Shown piece after piece: positions 48,061 through 61,049 of a stretch of 63,866 nt of DNA; position 1 is the stretch's first letter; the number at the start of each line of letters is the position of its first letter. Source of the stretch: Octopus bimaculoides (lineage: Eukaryota); the NCBI RefSeq assembly GCF_001194135.2, contig NC_068981.1, positions 130,006,499 through 130,070,364 on the forward strand. Direction: 5' to 3'. Position numbers and translations under genes: made by a program. The notes beneath the pieces are model-generated. The model made no database searches, was not told where the DNA came from, and worked only from the letters and a program-made list of their open reading frames with translations.

Positions 48061-50490
48061 TGGCAAAACCATTTACTGCCTGTACATTCAAAAATACACA
48101 GGCAGTGAATTTTTCCAGCATTTTAGCTTACATATCTTTAACACATGCCTCAATTTCATTTTATTTTATTTTTACCTCATTCAGATTATACTGGTGCAGA
48201 TTTATCAGTTTATTACTTTTCTTTAATCTATTTTCTCTACTAATGGCTAAAGGCAGTCAGAAAGAGAATAATGTCGTACATTATGTATAACAATATCAGT
48301 GACATTAAAAGTTGATTTTTTTTTAAAAATCAACTTATTCAAAAAAGGATCTTCTTGGAGTAGGAAGACTGAAACAGCAAATTTTGAAAATGACATTGGT
48401 ATTATGATGGAATAAAGATTTCAATCAGTATTTCATTTATCTAACATAAACATCATCATCAACATCTATTTTTCCTTACTGGCATAGATTGGATGGTTTG
48501 GTAGGGCCTGGCAAACCATAGGCCCACATCAAGTTCTAATGTCAGCTTTGGCATAGTTTCTATGGTTGGATGCCCTTCCTGAGGTCAACACTTTACAGTG
48601 TGTTCTGGGTGCATTTTCCCATGCTACTGGCACTAGTGAGATTGCCAAGTAACTTGCAAAGCAAGAAAAGAACAAAAAGGGGGAAAAGTAAAAGAAGAAA
48701 GTCTCCTTGACTAAATGGGAGTGGTAATATTTGAGAGGGAGAAGAGGGATGCTGGTTCTATGCCAGGTGTTGACAGGCTATTTATTGTGTGAGGGATAAC
48801 AAGCCCAGGTGTTTTGCTTTAGAGATACAAGGCTACCCTGCGTTATATAAGGGTATTGGGAGTAACTGGAAAGCTGGAACATCTCAAGATATGAGGTGGG
48901 TGTTAGGATGCAGACAGTGGATTGTGCGTGATGTAGAGGGAAAAGAATTTTCAGAGTGAAAGAAAGATTTCTACATAATTGAAATATATTTAGTCTTAAA
49001 AGTTATATACAGATCAACAATAATCAAATGTAATGGTATAAAGAACAAGAATGAAATACAAGGGGGTGCTGAAAAGTTCCTGGCTTTGGGCAAAAAAAAA
49101 AAAACAACAACAAGATCATTTAATTATGATTTTATTCNNNNNNNNNNNNNNNNNNNNNNNNNNNNNNNNNNNNNNNNNNNNNNNNNNNNNNNNNNNNNNN
49201 NNNNNNNNNNNNNNNNNNNNNNNNNNNNNNNNNNNNNNNNNNNNNNNNNNNNNNNNNNNNNNNNNNNNNNNNNNNNNNNNNNNNNNNNNNNNNNNNNNNN
49301 NNNNNNNNNNNNNNNNNNNNNNNNNNNNNNNNNNNNNNNNNNNNNNNNNNNNNNNNNNNNNNNNNNNNNNNNNNNNNNNNNNNNNNNNNNNNNNNNNNNN
49401 NNNNNNNNNNNNNNNNNNNNNNNNNNNNNNNNNNNNNNNNNNNNNNNNNNNNNNNNNNNNNNNNNNNNNNNNNNNNNNNNNNNNNNNNNNNNNNNNNNNN
49501 NNNNNNNNNNNNNNNNNNNNNNNNNNNNNNNNNNNNNNNNNNNNNNNNNNNNNNNNNNNNNNNNNNNNNNNNNNNNNNNNNNNNNNNNNNNNNNNNNNNN
49601 NNNNNNNNNNNNNNNNNNNNNNNNNNNNNNNNNNNNNNNNNNNNNNNNNNNNNNNNNNNNNNNNNNNNNNNNNNNNNNNNNNNNNNNNNNNNNNNNNNNN
49701 NNNNNNNNNNNNNNNNNNNNNNNNNNNNNNNNNNNNNNNNNNNNNNNNNNNNNNNNNNNNNAAAAAAGTTATTCTTTTGATTTCAAATAAATAGTCCATT
49801 TTGTTTTTGCTTCTTGTAAAAAATATACTCATTTTTATAAAATTCATTTGCTGGGGGAACATTTTGTGTATGTTTTTTGTGTATCCAAAATTGTAAAAAC
49901 ACAGTTACTCAACATGTTTGATACACTGCGGAAAAATATTTTTACTTCCCCCAATCTCTTAAAAACTTGACCAAAATATGTCTATTGCTAGAATTGTTAC
50001 TTTCTATTTTTTCTTAAAATATTTGTGTTAGCCCTCCATCTTTTTTTTTTACTCCCTTTTACCTCCAATAAAAAAAAAAAATATATTTTCATATTTCTGT
50101 GACACAACAAAATTTAGCATGCATTTCAGCTAAGTTCATAAACAGAATGCAAATGCATATTATTATGTTACTGTGGCATCTGCAGAAAGCTATGCAATGT
50201 TGTTGAATTTTAGCATATCCTTCAAAGTTTGTCAAATTTATATTAGGCATTTCAGAAAAGACAGTCAATTTAACAGAAGTATCTACATTATTCAATTACC
50301 CATTCAATTCTGGTACCCACAATATAAATGTATGTATATGTGCATGTGTGTATGATAATGTTAAAAATATATTTGTGTTTTTAGATAACTGAGGGGATCT
50401 ATTCATTGGATTCTGACTGTCTGATTTCAGACTTGTATTCACCTTGTGCGCATGTACAACAGAGTCAATAACAAAGGGGTTGGTATTCAT

Positions 50491-50903
50491 TCAAACACCA
50501 ACTTCTTGCTTAAAATGAGAAGGAGTCTGATTATGATTGGTCAAGTTCCCTAATTTGAACTGAGACTCAACTTGCATACTGGAAGGTGTCAGTGAAGTAT
50601 CATGAGGATCCGTGAGTGTTTGATGAGGATGCTGGTCGTGTATATTAACTGTGATTGAACAGTCATTAGACAGAGGACTACTGCAGGTCAGAGGTGACTG
50701 GCTAAAAGGGGAAGTGTCAAGTGAATTGCTGCTGCCAACTGTGTCTTGAAGAATTATTTGGGAATCACCATTCTGACCATTAATAATGTTCTCCACAGCT
50801 TGATTTCCAAGCTGGTCAGGAAAACTGGGATTTGATAATAAATGAGGTTGAAGACTAACTGCTGAAACCGCTGCTGAGGAATGTCCAATTTCACTATTTG
50901 CTC
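50491..50903 (-). CDS. HNF4: HNF4 terminal exon (F domain, Ser/Gln/His-rich, ends FKQEVGV*)
   Basis: tttccag acceptor, open to TGA at 50491-50493. The KQEV terminus resembles vertebrate HNF4A (TKQEVI). Confidence 0.9.
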
Positions 50904-53900
50904 CTGGAAATGATAATAATAATAATAAATAATAATGATAATAACAAACATTAACAATAATAATCCTTTCTACTATAAGCACAAGGCCTGAAGTTTAGTG
51001 GGAGGGGGGCTAATTGATTACATTGACCCCAGTGTTTAAATGGTACATATTTCATCGATCCCGAAAGGATGAAAGGCAAAGTCAACCCCGGCAGAATTTG
51101 AACACAAACTGTAAAGACAGACAAAATGCTGCTAAGCATTTTGCCTGGCATGCTAATGATTCTGCCAGCTCGCCAGTTTAATAATAATAATAAATAAATA
51201 CACAACAAGTTAAAATTATGGCATACTAACAGTTACCTACAGCATAACTAGCAGACTGATATGATATCACTGTAATGGCTAGACTATCAGATGTTGCTAT
51301 ACATCGCTGGTCACAATGCACTTCCTTGTATTGTTATAACTTTCAAATGATGCTACCCCTATAGCTAGGTGGACAGGCCAACATTATCTCTGAATGTCGC
51401 ACAAGTTACTCGCTGGGTTATCCATTTACAGCTTAGTGGACTGAAGCAATGTAAAATGAAGTGTTTCATTCAAGAACACAATGCACAACCATTCTGAGAA
51501 TCAAAACTACAATCTTGTAATCATGAGGACAGCACCCCGACCACTAGGCCATGTACTTGTATATATAAGCTAGGAAATATTTTCCCTTTTCTTCAGACCA
51601 GACATGTTTTCTTGGAAGATTGCAAACAAAATGTCATCACTTGTGTACAACAGTGACACTTGTTTACAATTAGTATACAATGTCAAAACAACACCCACAC
51701 GTGACAGGCTTCTTTTTAGTTTCAACCTATTAAATTTGCTGTCAAGTTTTTGGTCGGCCCTTTATGCATGTGTATGTGTCGGCTTTGAATTTGCATTGAC
51801 TACAATGCCCTGTGTTCTGACTCTCTGTTCTGAATTTAGATCCTGTGGAGACCAGCCTTGTCTTTATTACTTTCAGAGTTGATTAAAAAGACTACTAATC
51901 CAGGGTCAGGATATGACAGAGATGTTGCAATGAAATATGACAGAGAGGTGCAGTATTGAGATATGGTAGCAAGCTGTTTGAGTGAGGCAATGAGATATCA
52001 TTGGGACACAGTAGTGAGATATAATAAAGAGATGACAGATAGAACAGAGAACTAAAAAACAAGATGTAAAGCGATGTAGTAAGTAAATATGAGAAACAAC
52101 CATTGTATAATGTTCCTGAGCAAAATGTCACACTATACTTGCTCCAGTTTGCCTGACTGATCAGTTCAGGCTCTACTACACAATGGTTGAATAGTAAGTG
52201 GACAGTAGCATAGTTAGTTGGGGTGCAAGGAGTAGCAGTTTGCTCAGGTGATGCTCTTATGGGGGGAAACATCTTTAGGTCTCCTGTATAACTGTACAGG
52301 CTTGGGGTTTGGTTTGGGCGGTGGGGAAAAAACTTAAGGGTTGTTCCGAGTGACACACTCTTTAGCTATTCCACTGTAAATAATTTTCATACAAAAATAT
52401 TCCACTCACAACTTGAGAAGACCCATGAAACCAAGAAAAATTGTAGTCGTGGCCAATGCTGGTGTCACATAACTGGCACCTGTGCTGGTGACATGTAAAA
52501 AGCACCCTTTGAATGTTGGATCTCACAGAGGCAATGATAAGTGACTGAAACCTTTGGCGATATGCTGTGCTTGAGAAGACCCATCAAACCAAGTGAAATC
52601 ATAGTTATGGCCGATGCTGGCATCTGTGCTGGTGGCATGTAAAAAGCACCCATTACACTCTTGGAGTGGTTGACATTAGGAAGGGCATCCAGCCATAGAC
52701 ACCATACCAAATCAGATTGGAACCTAGTGCAGCCTTCCAGCTTATCAGTTTCAGTCAAACCGTCTAACCCATGCCAGCATGGAAAGCAGACACTAAATGA
52801 TTATGATGATGATGAACAGCAGAGGAAAGTTTTTTTTTTTTTGTTGCTTACCTCCAAGTAACATTTCTTGAAGAAGATTGTCTATTTTAGCTACCCCAAA
52901 TATTTTGGCCATCTGAATCTGTTCTATCATCTGCCAAGTTATGCTCTGTAAGACAGGTAAAATAAGCAAAATTTCTCCAAATCGACCACGGCATTCATAT
53001 TGTCTGTCATTGATATAATCTTCAAGATTCACTTGAGCTTGGCATCGATACGTTTTTATTCGGTGGCTGTCAATTAAACCTCTGGCACCTAACAAAGAAA
53101 ATTAAACATTGGTTTGGTTATTGGAGACAGATAAATGATTAAGGTTTCAAATTTCGGAATTTATCCAAACAAGTGTAAATACACATTTATACATATATAC
53201 AATGATTTCATAGACAGAAAGTAAAAGAAGCCTGTCGTGTGTGTGTAGCATGGGTTAGACAGTTTGGCTGGAACTGGTAAGCCAGAGAGCTGCACCAGAC
53301 TCCAGTCTGTTTTGGCTTGGTTTCTACAGCTGGATGCCATTCCTAACACCAACCACTTTACAGAGTGTATTGGGTGCCTTTCACATGTCACCAGCACTAG
53401 TCACAACCATGATTTCACTTAGCTATATATATATATATATATATATCAGGTTTTCCCATAAGTTCTTTCTGAATTTTGAATAAAGAAAGCAAGTGATCAA
53501 ATGTCATATTTAATTGAAATTTAATTACCAATGTACTTTCCCTGATTATCTATGACTTCCTTCCATCTATTTACAAGCTTTTTAATCCCATCAATGTAAA
53601 ACTCTTTTGGTTTCAAAGCGAAGAACTCTTAAGTGTCAGTTTCGACCACCTCCTGGCTTACGAAAGTTATGTCCCCCAAATGATTCTGTAAACTATGAAA
53701 CAAATGGTAGTCTGAAGGAACAAGGTCAGGAGAATAAGGTGGACGAGGAATTTTTTCCTAACCAAGCTTTCGATCTTCTGTGATGTGATCTTTGCAGTTG
53801 GGGGTTGCGCATTGTCCTGATGAAACATCACTCCTTTTTGATTCACTAAAGCGAGTCGTTTTTTTCCTCAAAGCTTGGTTCAAGTGCTCTAATTGCTAAT

Positions 53901-56900
53901 AATAAACTTGAGCATTGATTGTTGCATTTGGTGGTAACAATTCAAAGTGAATTACTCCTTTGCAATCGCACCAGATGGACAGAAGAACCTTTTTCCCATG
54001 ATGTTCCCTTCTCAGTTGTGGTTGAGCTTTTTCCCTTTTACCAAGCCACTGTTTACGATGTTTAACATTCCAATAGAAAATCTATTTTTCATCACCAGTC
54101 TATCCAAAAAGGGTAAAATGAGTTTGCGAGAATGGAGAGAAGAGCAGATGTGAACTCGGGATTTGCGGTTGCTTTCGGACAATTCATGAGGCACCCATTT
54201 TCCAAGTTTAGGAAACTTTCCAAGTTGTTGAAGATGACAATGAACAGTTGCATGGTTTGAACTAAACTTTATTGCCAGTTCTTCAAATGATAATGCAGGA
54301 TTTTGTTCAAGTAATGCCTCAAGGAGCTTATTGTCAAACTCAACAGGATGTCCTGTTCGATCTTCGTCTTCAAGGCTGAAATCTCCACTTCTGAATTTTG
54401 CAAACTATCTTCTGCAAGTTCTTTCTTTCAAGCATTCTTTCCCATAAACTGAGTGTATGTTTTGAGTTGCTTCGGCTGCAGAGTTTCCTTTTTTGTATTC
54501 ATAAAGCATGATGTGCCTTCAATGCTCTTTGGATACTTCCATGTCATTTGCATGATCATTTATAACAAAATATAACTAATTTCTATTCAAGTTTAAATTA
54601 TAAATTTCTGAAAAGTATTAACAAAACTAGAATCTTTAGAAAGTTTTATTTTGACTAGGAACAAACATCCAATATTTTAGGAATAGGAAACTGGAATTAA
54701 TAGCCTTCATGTCTTCCCCCAAGGATATCAGTAAAAGGAAGTGAAACAGCAACAACCCTTAATCAAAATCGATTTCATGATCTCGCTCTGCTTGAGAGAA
54801 TGTCTTTGAAAAGGTCCAGTATGGTTGAATGCATTTGGTTTTCTCACTGCTTGCTGCTGGGGTGATTTTTTGTGTCTGTCTGATATTGCGTTTTTTAATA
54901 CAGTGATTAGATGTTATCTCAGGACAAATACCACAATAACTAGCCTATCAATGGTGTATATATATTATGTATGATACATAGATGGCGAATTTAATAGTAA
55001 AATGGCTCACGGAAGGATACCTTGAGATGACCTTGTAAAAAATAGAGCTATTATTTTACCTGGATCAAAGAATATGATTCCTTTAAGACATGCAAATTCC
55101 GAGTCATCAATATCTACTTCTTGCAAAGGCTTTACAATTTCATCAATCACTCTGCCACAAATATGTGACATTTCAGTATTTGCTACATGTCGAGAAATCA
55201 CAGAATCATTTCCTAGAAGTAAAACATCTTTCAGTTGTAATGAACGTCTGGCAACACCTAACAGAAGGTGTTCTCCTGCATGAGCCCGTAATAAAGCTAC
55301 CTAAAGGAAGAAAATAATGGAAATAATGCAACATTCAGATTGGTTTAGGTTTTAGAAATCAAATCATGTATTAAATACATTCATTTTAGTGCTATTGAGA
55401 TTATACATTGTCTTTTAAGAGTCTCACAGATAGTAAATATTTCAGGGTAAAGCATAACTGATAGAATTGTACAGGCATCATAAAAAAAGACTTTTCAAGT
55501 ACTGCATCGAAAACAAGTCAGCTTGCTTCTTTCCAAGCATTGATTATACAGAACATTTCTGTACCTTTTTATAGCAGCTTTTATAGTACCTTTTTATAGA
55601 TTTATCCAGCAAACACAAACAGTTAATCTTTTGAATAACTGGACAATATCTTAACTGTTCTAACTCTTCATCTAGAAGTTGAAAAATTAGCAACTTCTTG
55701 AAAGCGGAGAATTAAAGTGCAACAGTGCATGTTTCATAGCAACTAGAAATCTTCACACAAGGTAACAAGTTCAATTCTAAATGTGAGTTTTACAAACCAA
55801 CTAACAGCATGGCCACTGAGCTATTCCGTTGTCCTTTATGATATGATATGTTATAAAATTTGAAATAAAACATACTGATTGGTACCAAATGTATCAAGAC
55901 CATGATTGACCAGTGTAAGCATTATAATATTGGCTGGCCTTGCATCCTTGGATATGGTAACAAGACAATATCATTGATACAGTATCATTTAAAATGTGTT
56001 TCTTTTTTTATTTAAAAAGAACAATGAATAGTTCACAAGCTGCTAGATTTTCAGTCTCAAATTTTAAACAGCCAATCATTCCTGTTGTATTTATTAATAA
56101 CATTATAACTAAAGCAAATCTGTTTTGAAAGTGGCTTTAAAGAAGGCTAAAACTAATTGAGTTAAAGTATGTACTACTACTCCTTAGGGTCCATAGTTAA
56201 GCATTATTGATGCAACAACTAAGGTAACAGAAAAGGTTAACAGGGACTGACATTAATTCATAAGATATTTTATGATAATTTTATGTGGACTGCTCATCTA
56301 CCTGATCATCTAGCTGTAGTTCTCCAAAACATGGAATGTATTTAGCCCATTCAACTAAAACCAGTAGTTGTTGTTTCATGGACTCGCAGACATCATTTGG
56401 TGTAGCCATCTTTTTACTTGCTAAGTTATCTGTGTTTGGTTGACTTATTACCTGTAACAGAAATAGGAAAACAGAATTATTTCTGATCTGATGAGTTGAA
56501 TAAGATCTTGGTTTTCAAAAACAATATTATATCTTGTAAGCAGTTAATTTCATCTAATTGGAGTATTTTATATATTAATCTTCTTGAAAGTTTTAATTTA
56601 TGATCATCAATCTTGGGATAACACTCATTTTCTGTTGTAGGTAGTAGTCTAGGACAAATAAAATCTAGTTTGAATTACAATTGGTACCACAAGATCTAAA
56701 CACATGACCTTGTAGTCTATAGCAAAACAAAAGATGAACTGCTCATCATTAATAAGAAAATAATTTTGTTCTGAATAGTTAACATCTTTTTTAACTTCTA
56801 CACCTACCATTCATATTCTGAGCTGAATATATAAAATAAATGTTGTTCGGTTGACTGTCAAGACTTTATTATTCACTTACAATTTTTAAACATTTACCTA

Positions 56901-58265
56901 GTACTCAACTGTCTTCTCAAGTCTCTACAGTTCCCATGTCTTAACAGTTTGCTAAGTATTCTACCCCAATCAATATTGACATCAGACCACTTTTCTCTGC
57001 AATCCCCATTCCCCTTGTTTCACCTCTCAAATCCTGCAATAAATACTTTACCCATCTGACAGGAGGTCCCACTGCTAATCTGTGATAATTCAAAGTTAAT
57101 TCATTTTAACTACCCTAACCATGCCTAGTTATTCCTATGTTTCAATGTAAGAAACCCAGAAGTTATAGACACTGCTCTTGCTCCTTAGATTAATGAATAA
57201 TAATAATAATTTTTAAAATCTCCAGCTACTTAATTTTACACTGACAGCCTGTCTATTGTTTCAAATAATACTCACTTCTCTTGACATTAACTCAGCATTT
57301 AAAAGTGAAGAAATTGATAAAGATGAGCTGGTGCCCAGATCTTCATAACTTGTTCGCCGAATGCTGATGCGATCTCTTTCATTCTGTACCGCTTCAAGAG
57401 ACAAGAAATTATGCAAAACTAGAGATATGCAATAAATTTAGATCATGTTTAAAACCAAACATTTAAAAAAAATTCTATGACAGGCAGAATAAATTAGGAG
57501 ACAAGTAATTATTGAAAATGTTCTATTTAAAAAAACAAATAAAAAGACAATCATTATCTTACAGATAATCTGACAAACATGGGATTAAACATACTTGATT
57601 TACACATATTGAGAATACTAGATATTGGCAAAACTATTAAGATACCAACTTATTAACCACACAATCAAGGTGGCTTATGATATTTGTTATGATTCTCTAC
57701 ATTCTGAATTCAAAATCATACCATGGCTGACCTTGCCAGAGTCAATGAATAAAAAACCAACGAAATACAGAGGTTGATCCTCTCAGTCTCTCTCTCTCTC
57801 TGTATATATAAGTTATAATAAGGAAGTCAAACCAAATGATATTTTTGAAAGTGTTTAATATGAATGTTTCAGGTCATCGTGCAATATAGAAAAGGAAATA
57901 TATCCTTACACAAGACCTTCCTCAGTTAATACATTTCAAAATCAGTCTCTCTCTCTCTCATATGTATATATAAATTGGCTATGTGAGGTGGGTACAAAAG
58001 GAGTATGAGGATAGGATACAGCAAAAAAGAACCAAAAGGTTCATAGTTTGTATACTATTACTACTGCTACTACTATTACACTGTGTCTCTAAGGCATTTA
58101 ACTCTCAACAGCGCAGGCACTGTTTAAGTGTTGAATGTGTCATTAGCATATGGTGCTGAGCTCAAATTCTTTATATAATATAGAGAAAACAAAAATAAAA
58201 TAAATAAAATGATGCCACTCTAACCTTCATTGAACTAATATCTGAAAATAAATGCTTCATTAATG

Positions 58266-58305
<40 letters not shown>

Positions 58306-59302
58306 TGAGAGGCCATTTGTTGAAGAGGTCTATTAAGACTGAAATATGTCTACAGTTGTCTCCCTTACTTGCCAAAATAGCATTAATAACTGAGCTGGTT
58401 TTTCTTTCTTCATTACATAATCCTTTTTAATTAGATGCTTTGATGCTCACTACATTATGTATGTTAAAATCAATTTGACTATTGCTTCCCATTCTGATGG
58501 CATCTACGAGTAACTTTTCCTCAGGGATTTATTTTTTTAAATGTTCTAAATATTTTCTAAATGCTGACACAATGCTGAATATCTACATAGTGATTCTCCC
58601 ATTGCTACATCAGCAATTATGGCAATGTTTATGCTCACTAAGGAGGTCTAAATTGAAACATACTTAAAGTTGTCTCCCATTCTTGATGAAATAGTTACAA
58701 TAATATCCGAAAGATAATATTGTCTTTCCTTAATGCAATGAACATTAACTAATCTAATTAGAAATATATAGAAGCATTAAGCATGATAACACTAGAAATT
58801 GTTTTTTCTCTGCGTAATTAACTTTAGTGGTTTATTTTCTTTCAACAAACAATCATTATCAACATATTAAAATACTCTTTTACATGCTTGCTTGGGGCAG
58901 ACAGAATTTGTTGAGGTAGATTTTCAACAAACAGTCATGTAATTCAATAATGTCAACACATGCAAATATGTATAAGCAACCTACCTTCTTTCCTCATTCC
59001 AGCTCGAAAACATTTCCTCAGTCGACAGTAGCGACATTGGTTTCTTTTATCCTTATCCACAACACAGTTTCGAGCAAAGCGACATGTATACACATGATTT
59101 TTCCTCACACTTCGTCTAAAAAATCCTTTACAGCCATCACAGCTGGAAGCTCCATAATGTTTTCCAGTAGCTCGGTCTCCACAAATTGCACAAAATTGAC
59201 TGACATTGACTGCTGGCAAGTTTGATGCAACTGATTGAACAGAAGATCCAGAATTCAAAGTTGGTATGCCATTTAAAAGTTGGCTGTTCATATCGGGAGA
59301 AT
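50491..59302 (-). CDS. HNF4: Hepatocyte nuclear factor 4 (NR2A nuclear receptor); six clear coding exons (1475 nt), first coding exon upstream uncertain
   Basis: [39 protein letters not shown]-box [47 protein letters not shown]-2 [12 protein letters not shown], and C-terminal KQEV. All splice phases are compatible. Confidence 0.98.
50965..51180 (+). mobile_element. SINE-like repeat with ggtac.tattt.at.gacccc.aaaggatgaaaggcaaagt domain; copies at 4130-4300, 10320-10530, 17580-17780 and 24940-25060(-)
   Basis: A clearly repeated body of about 200 nt; resembles Nin/Deu-type SINE domains from memory only. Confidence 0.65.
52852..53088 (-). CDS. HNF4: HNF4 LBD/AF-2 exon (GARGLID...[46 protein letters not shown])
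   Basis: ttgttag acceptor, GAG|gtaagc donor; 237 nt, phase 1-1. Confidence 0.97.
53446..54670 (-). mobile_element. Decayed mariner (third family) in an HNF4 intron
   Basis: The minus strand gives PFLDRLV and the C-terminal [35 protein letters not shown]. Terminus TA-TCAGGTTTTCCCATAAGTTC; the right boundary is approximate. Confidence 0.8.
55060..55300 (-). CDS. HNF4: HNF4 LBD exon ([15 protein letters not shown]...LKGIIFFDP)
   Basis: tttag acceptor, CAG|gtaaaa donor; 241 nt. Confidence 0.97.
56302..56451 (-). CDS. HNF4: HNF4 LBD exon ([50 protein letters not shown])
   Basis: ttacag acceptor, CAG|gtagat donor; 150 nt. Confidence 0.97.
57276..57391 (-). CDS. HNF4: HNF4 hinge exon ([39 protein letters not shown])
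   Basis: gaag acceptor, GAA|gtgagt donor, phase 1 to 0. Confidence 0.96.
58985..59302 (-). CDS. HNF4: HNF4 DNA-binding-domain exon (both zinc fingers), phase 1-1
   Basis: tttttcag acceptor, GAAG|gtaggt donor; 318 nt. Confidence 0.98.
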
Positions 59303-60116
59303 CTGAAAAAATTAAAAGCAAAGAAACAATATATATATAAAGCTCAATGTGGGTGCTGGGGAAAATATGAGATAGCTGTTGCTATTGTTTAAGTTCAGTT
59401 CAACCTTGACAGACCTATGACCAGAGGTATTCCAGTCATGACCATCCATTTCATACAGAAAAGGCAAAAAAATAAAATAAATAAAATGCCCCTGTAACCA
59501 TCATTGAACCAATATCTGAAGATAAATGCTTCATTAATGAAGATGGAGAGAGAGAGAGAGAGAGAGAGCCCATTTGTTGAAGTTTAAAGCTAAAATATGC
59601 CTTGCTCTTGCTATATTATAAAATATGTTCTTTCTGATTTTTAGAATGAAAGTGATTTGAGGGAGATTTGACTATTATTTGCAGTCATTGGTATTTATGT
59701 AACTTCAGCAGAATATAAAGTAAATTTAAGCATAGCATGGTGTAAATACACACACACACACACACGCACACGAATAAATAGAAAACAACAAAAGAAACTG
59801 AATTCTGTAAAGCTTTTGGTCTTGTTTTATCATTCTTGTCAATTCAGTCAGTTCTCCAACCTAAAGTACCTTATACTTGAAGATTCATACTCCTCACTGT
59901 TCAAAATCAAGTCAGTAGTTAATACAATACTACAAGTCAACCTTTCTCTTTTCCTAGGAGGAATGGGTTGAAAAGGCATTTTCCAAGAGATAACACAACC
60001 CCATTCCCTCTCCAAGTCAGCTGTTGTGGTTTTCCAATTAGGTTAGTTGTGCTATTCCCTGCAAAAGTTTGGTCTAGAACCTAGACAACTGAAAAAAACC
60101 ACTAAGGAGATATGTA

Positions 60117-60334
60117 CGAGGGGCTGCTGAAAAGTTTTTGGCTTTAAGGGTATCACAAAAGGCCTGGTTGGAGGCCCAACCTTCTGAGTTCTTTTACAAG
60201 GCTTAGAAAAACTGAAGGGTTATTGCAATAAGTGTCTGAATCTGACATGGGGAATATGTTGAATAAAATAATAATTAACTGATCCTCCTCTATTTCCTTT
60301 TACTCAAAGTCAGGAACTTTTCAGTAACCCCTTG
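60117..60334. mobile_element. Mariner-derived MITE (218 bp, TA TSD); another left end at 49059 runs into a gap
   Basis: TA-CGAGGGGCTGCTGAAAAGTT ... GGAACTTTTCAGTAACCCCTTG-TA; the terminus resembles the 10880 and 49059 ends. Confidence 0.8.
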
Positions 60335-60739
60335 TATGAAAAACTGGTACTTCTTTTTATCTGTTTATTATGAAAAATTTGTTTAAACTATTAATCCTGC
60401 TCAATTCTAAAAATTATTAGAGTGAGAAACTATTTTATTGATCATCTCTAAAATGATTAGTTTTGGCTTAGAAGCTGAAATGTCATTAGCATTCTTATAC
60501 CACAAATTCAGTCATGTGTCCCCAATAAACATGTATCACTCATGCTGACTCAATTCAAATGATCTTTATTCAATTAACAATGGTTTCATTGAGTTATAAT
60601 GCTGTGCTCAAACCTTCTCACAGGTTACTGGAGAGGAACAAGCTGTTGCCAGCTATCTAAGACTATACAGTTGTGATAATTATCAATCCATACACTTGGT
60701 TAATTACGACTGTTACATAGATTTAGTAACTGGAGTTAC

Positions 60740-60798
60740 CCATCATTGTCACTGACATCATAACTATCAACAAGTTCACTGAGGGAGCCTTGTTTTGT
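60740..60798 (-). CDS. HNF4: Candidate HNF4 first coding exon (ATG at 60761: MMSVTMM, then phase-1 intron giving D)
   Basis: Acceptor ttttatttcacctgacag, donor G|gtaact, correct phase for the DBD exon. There is no homology support, and an alternative (MAAEAQ|gtgact near 61010-61030) exists. Confidence 0.3.
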
Positions 60799-61049
60799 CT
60801 GTCAGGTGAAATAAACATGTTTTGCTACACACAGGAACTGCAGGAACTAATCAGAGGTGTTGTTAGCTCTTCTGAATTTATCGCAATGTTAGAAACTCTT
60901 CCATATCATTAACAGATATCTCAGTCACAAGCGTTTTGCCTCTTAACCTGTGTACTTTGTGAGGTCTGTAGAAGAGTTCCAGTTGTAGTCTTTTGTCAAT
61001 CACAGTCACCTTGTGCTTCAGCTGCCATATCATACAAGCTTTATTGTCA

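Noticed and set aside
43303-50490. Intervening gene (e.g. FITM) between DCAF11 and HNF4
   Set aside because: Only repeats and a decayed Gypsy RT are visible; the 623-nt gap is too small for a whole gene, though it could hide an exon.
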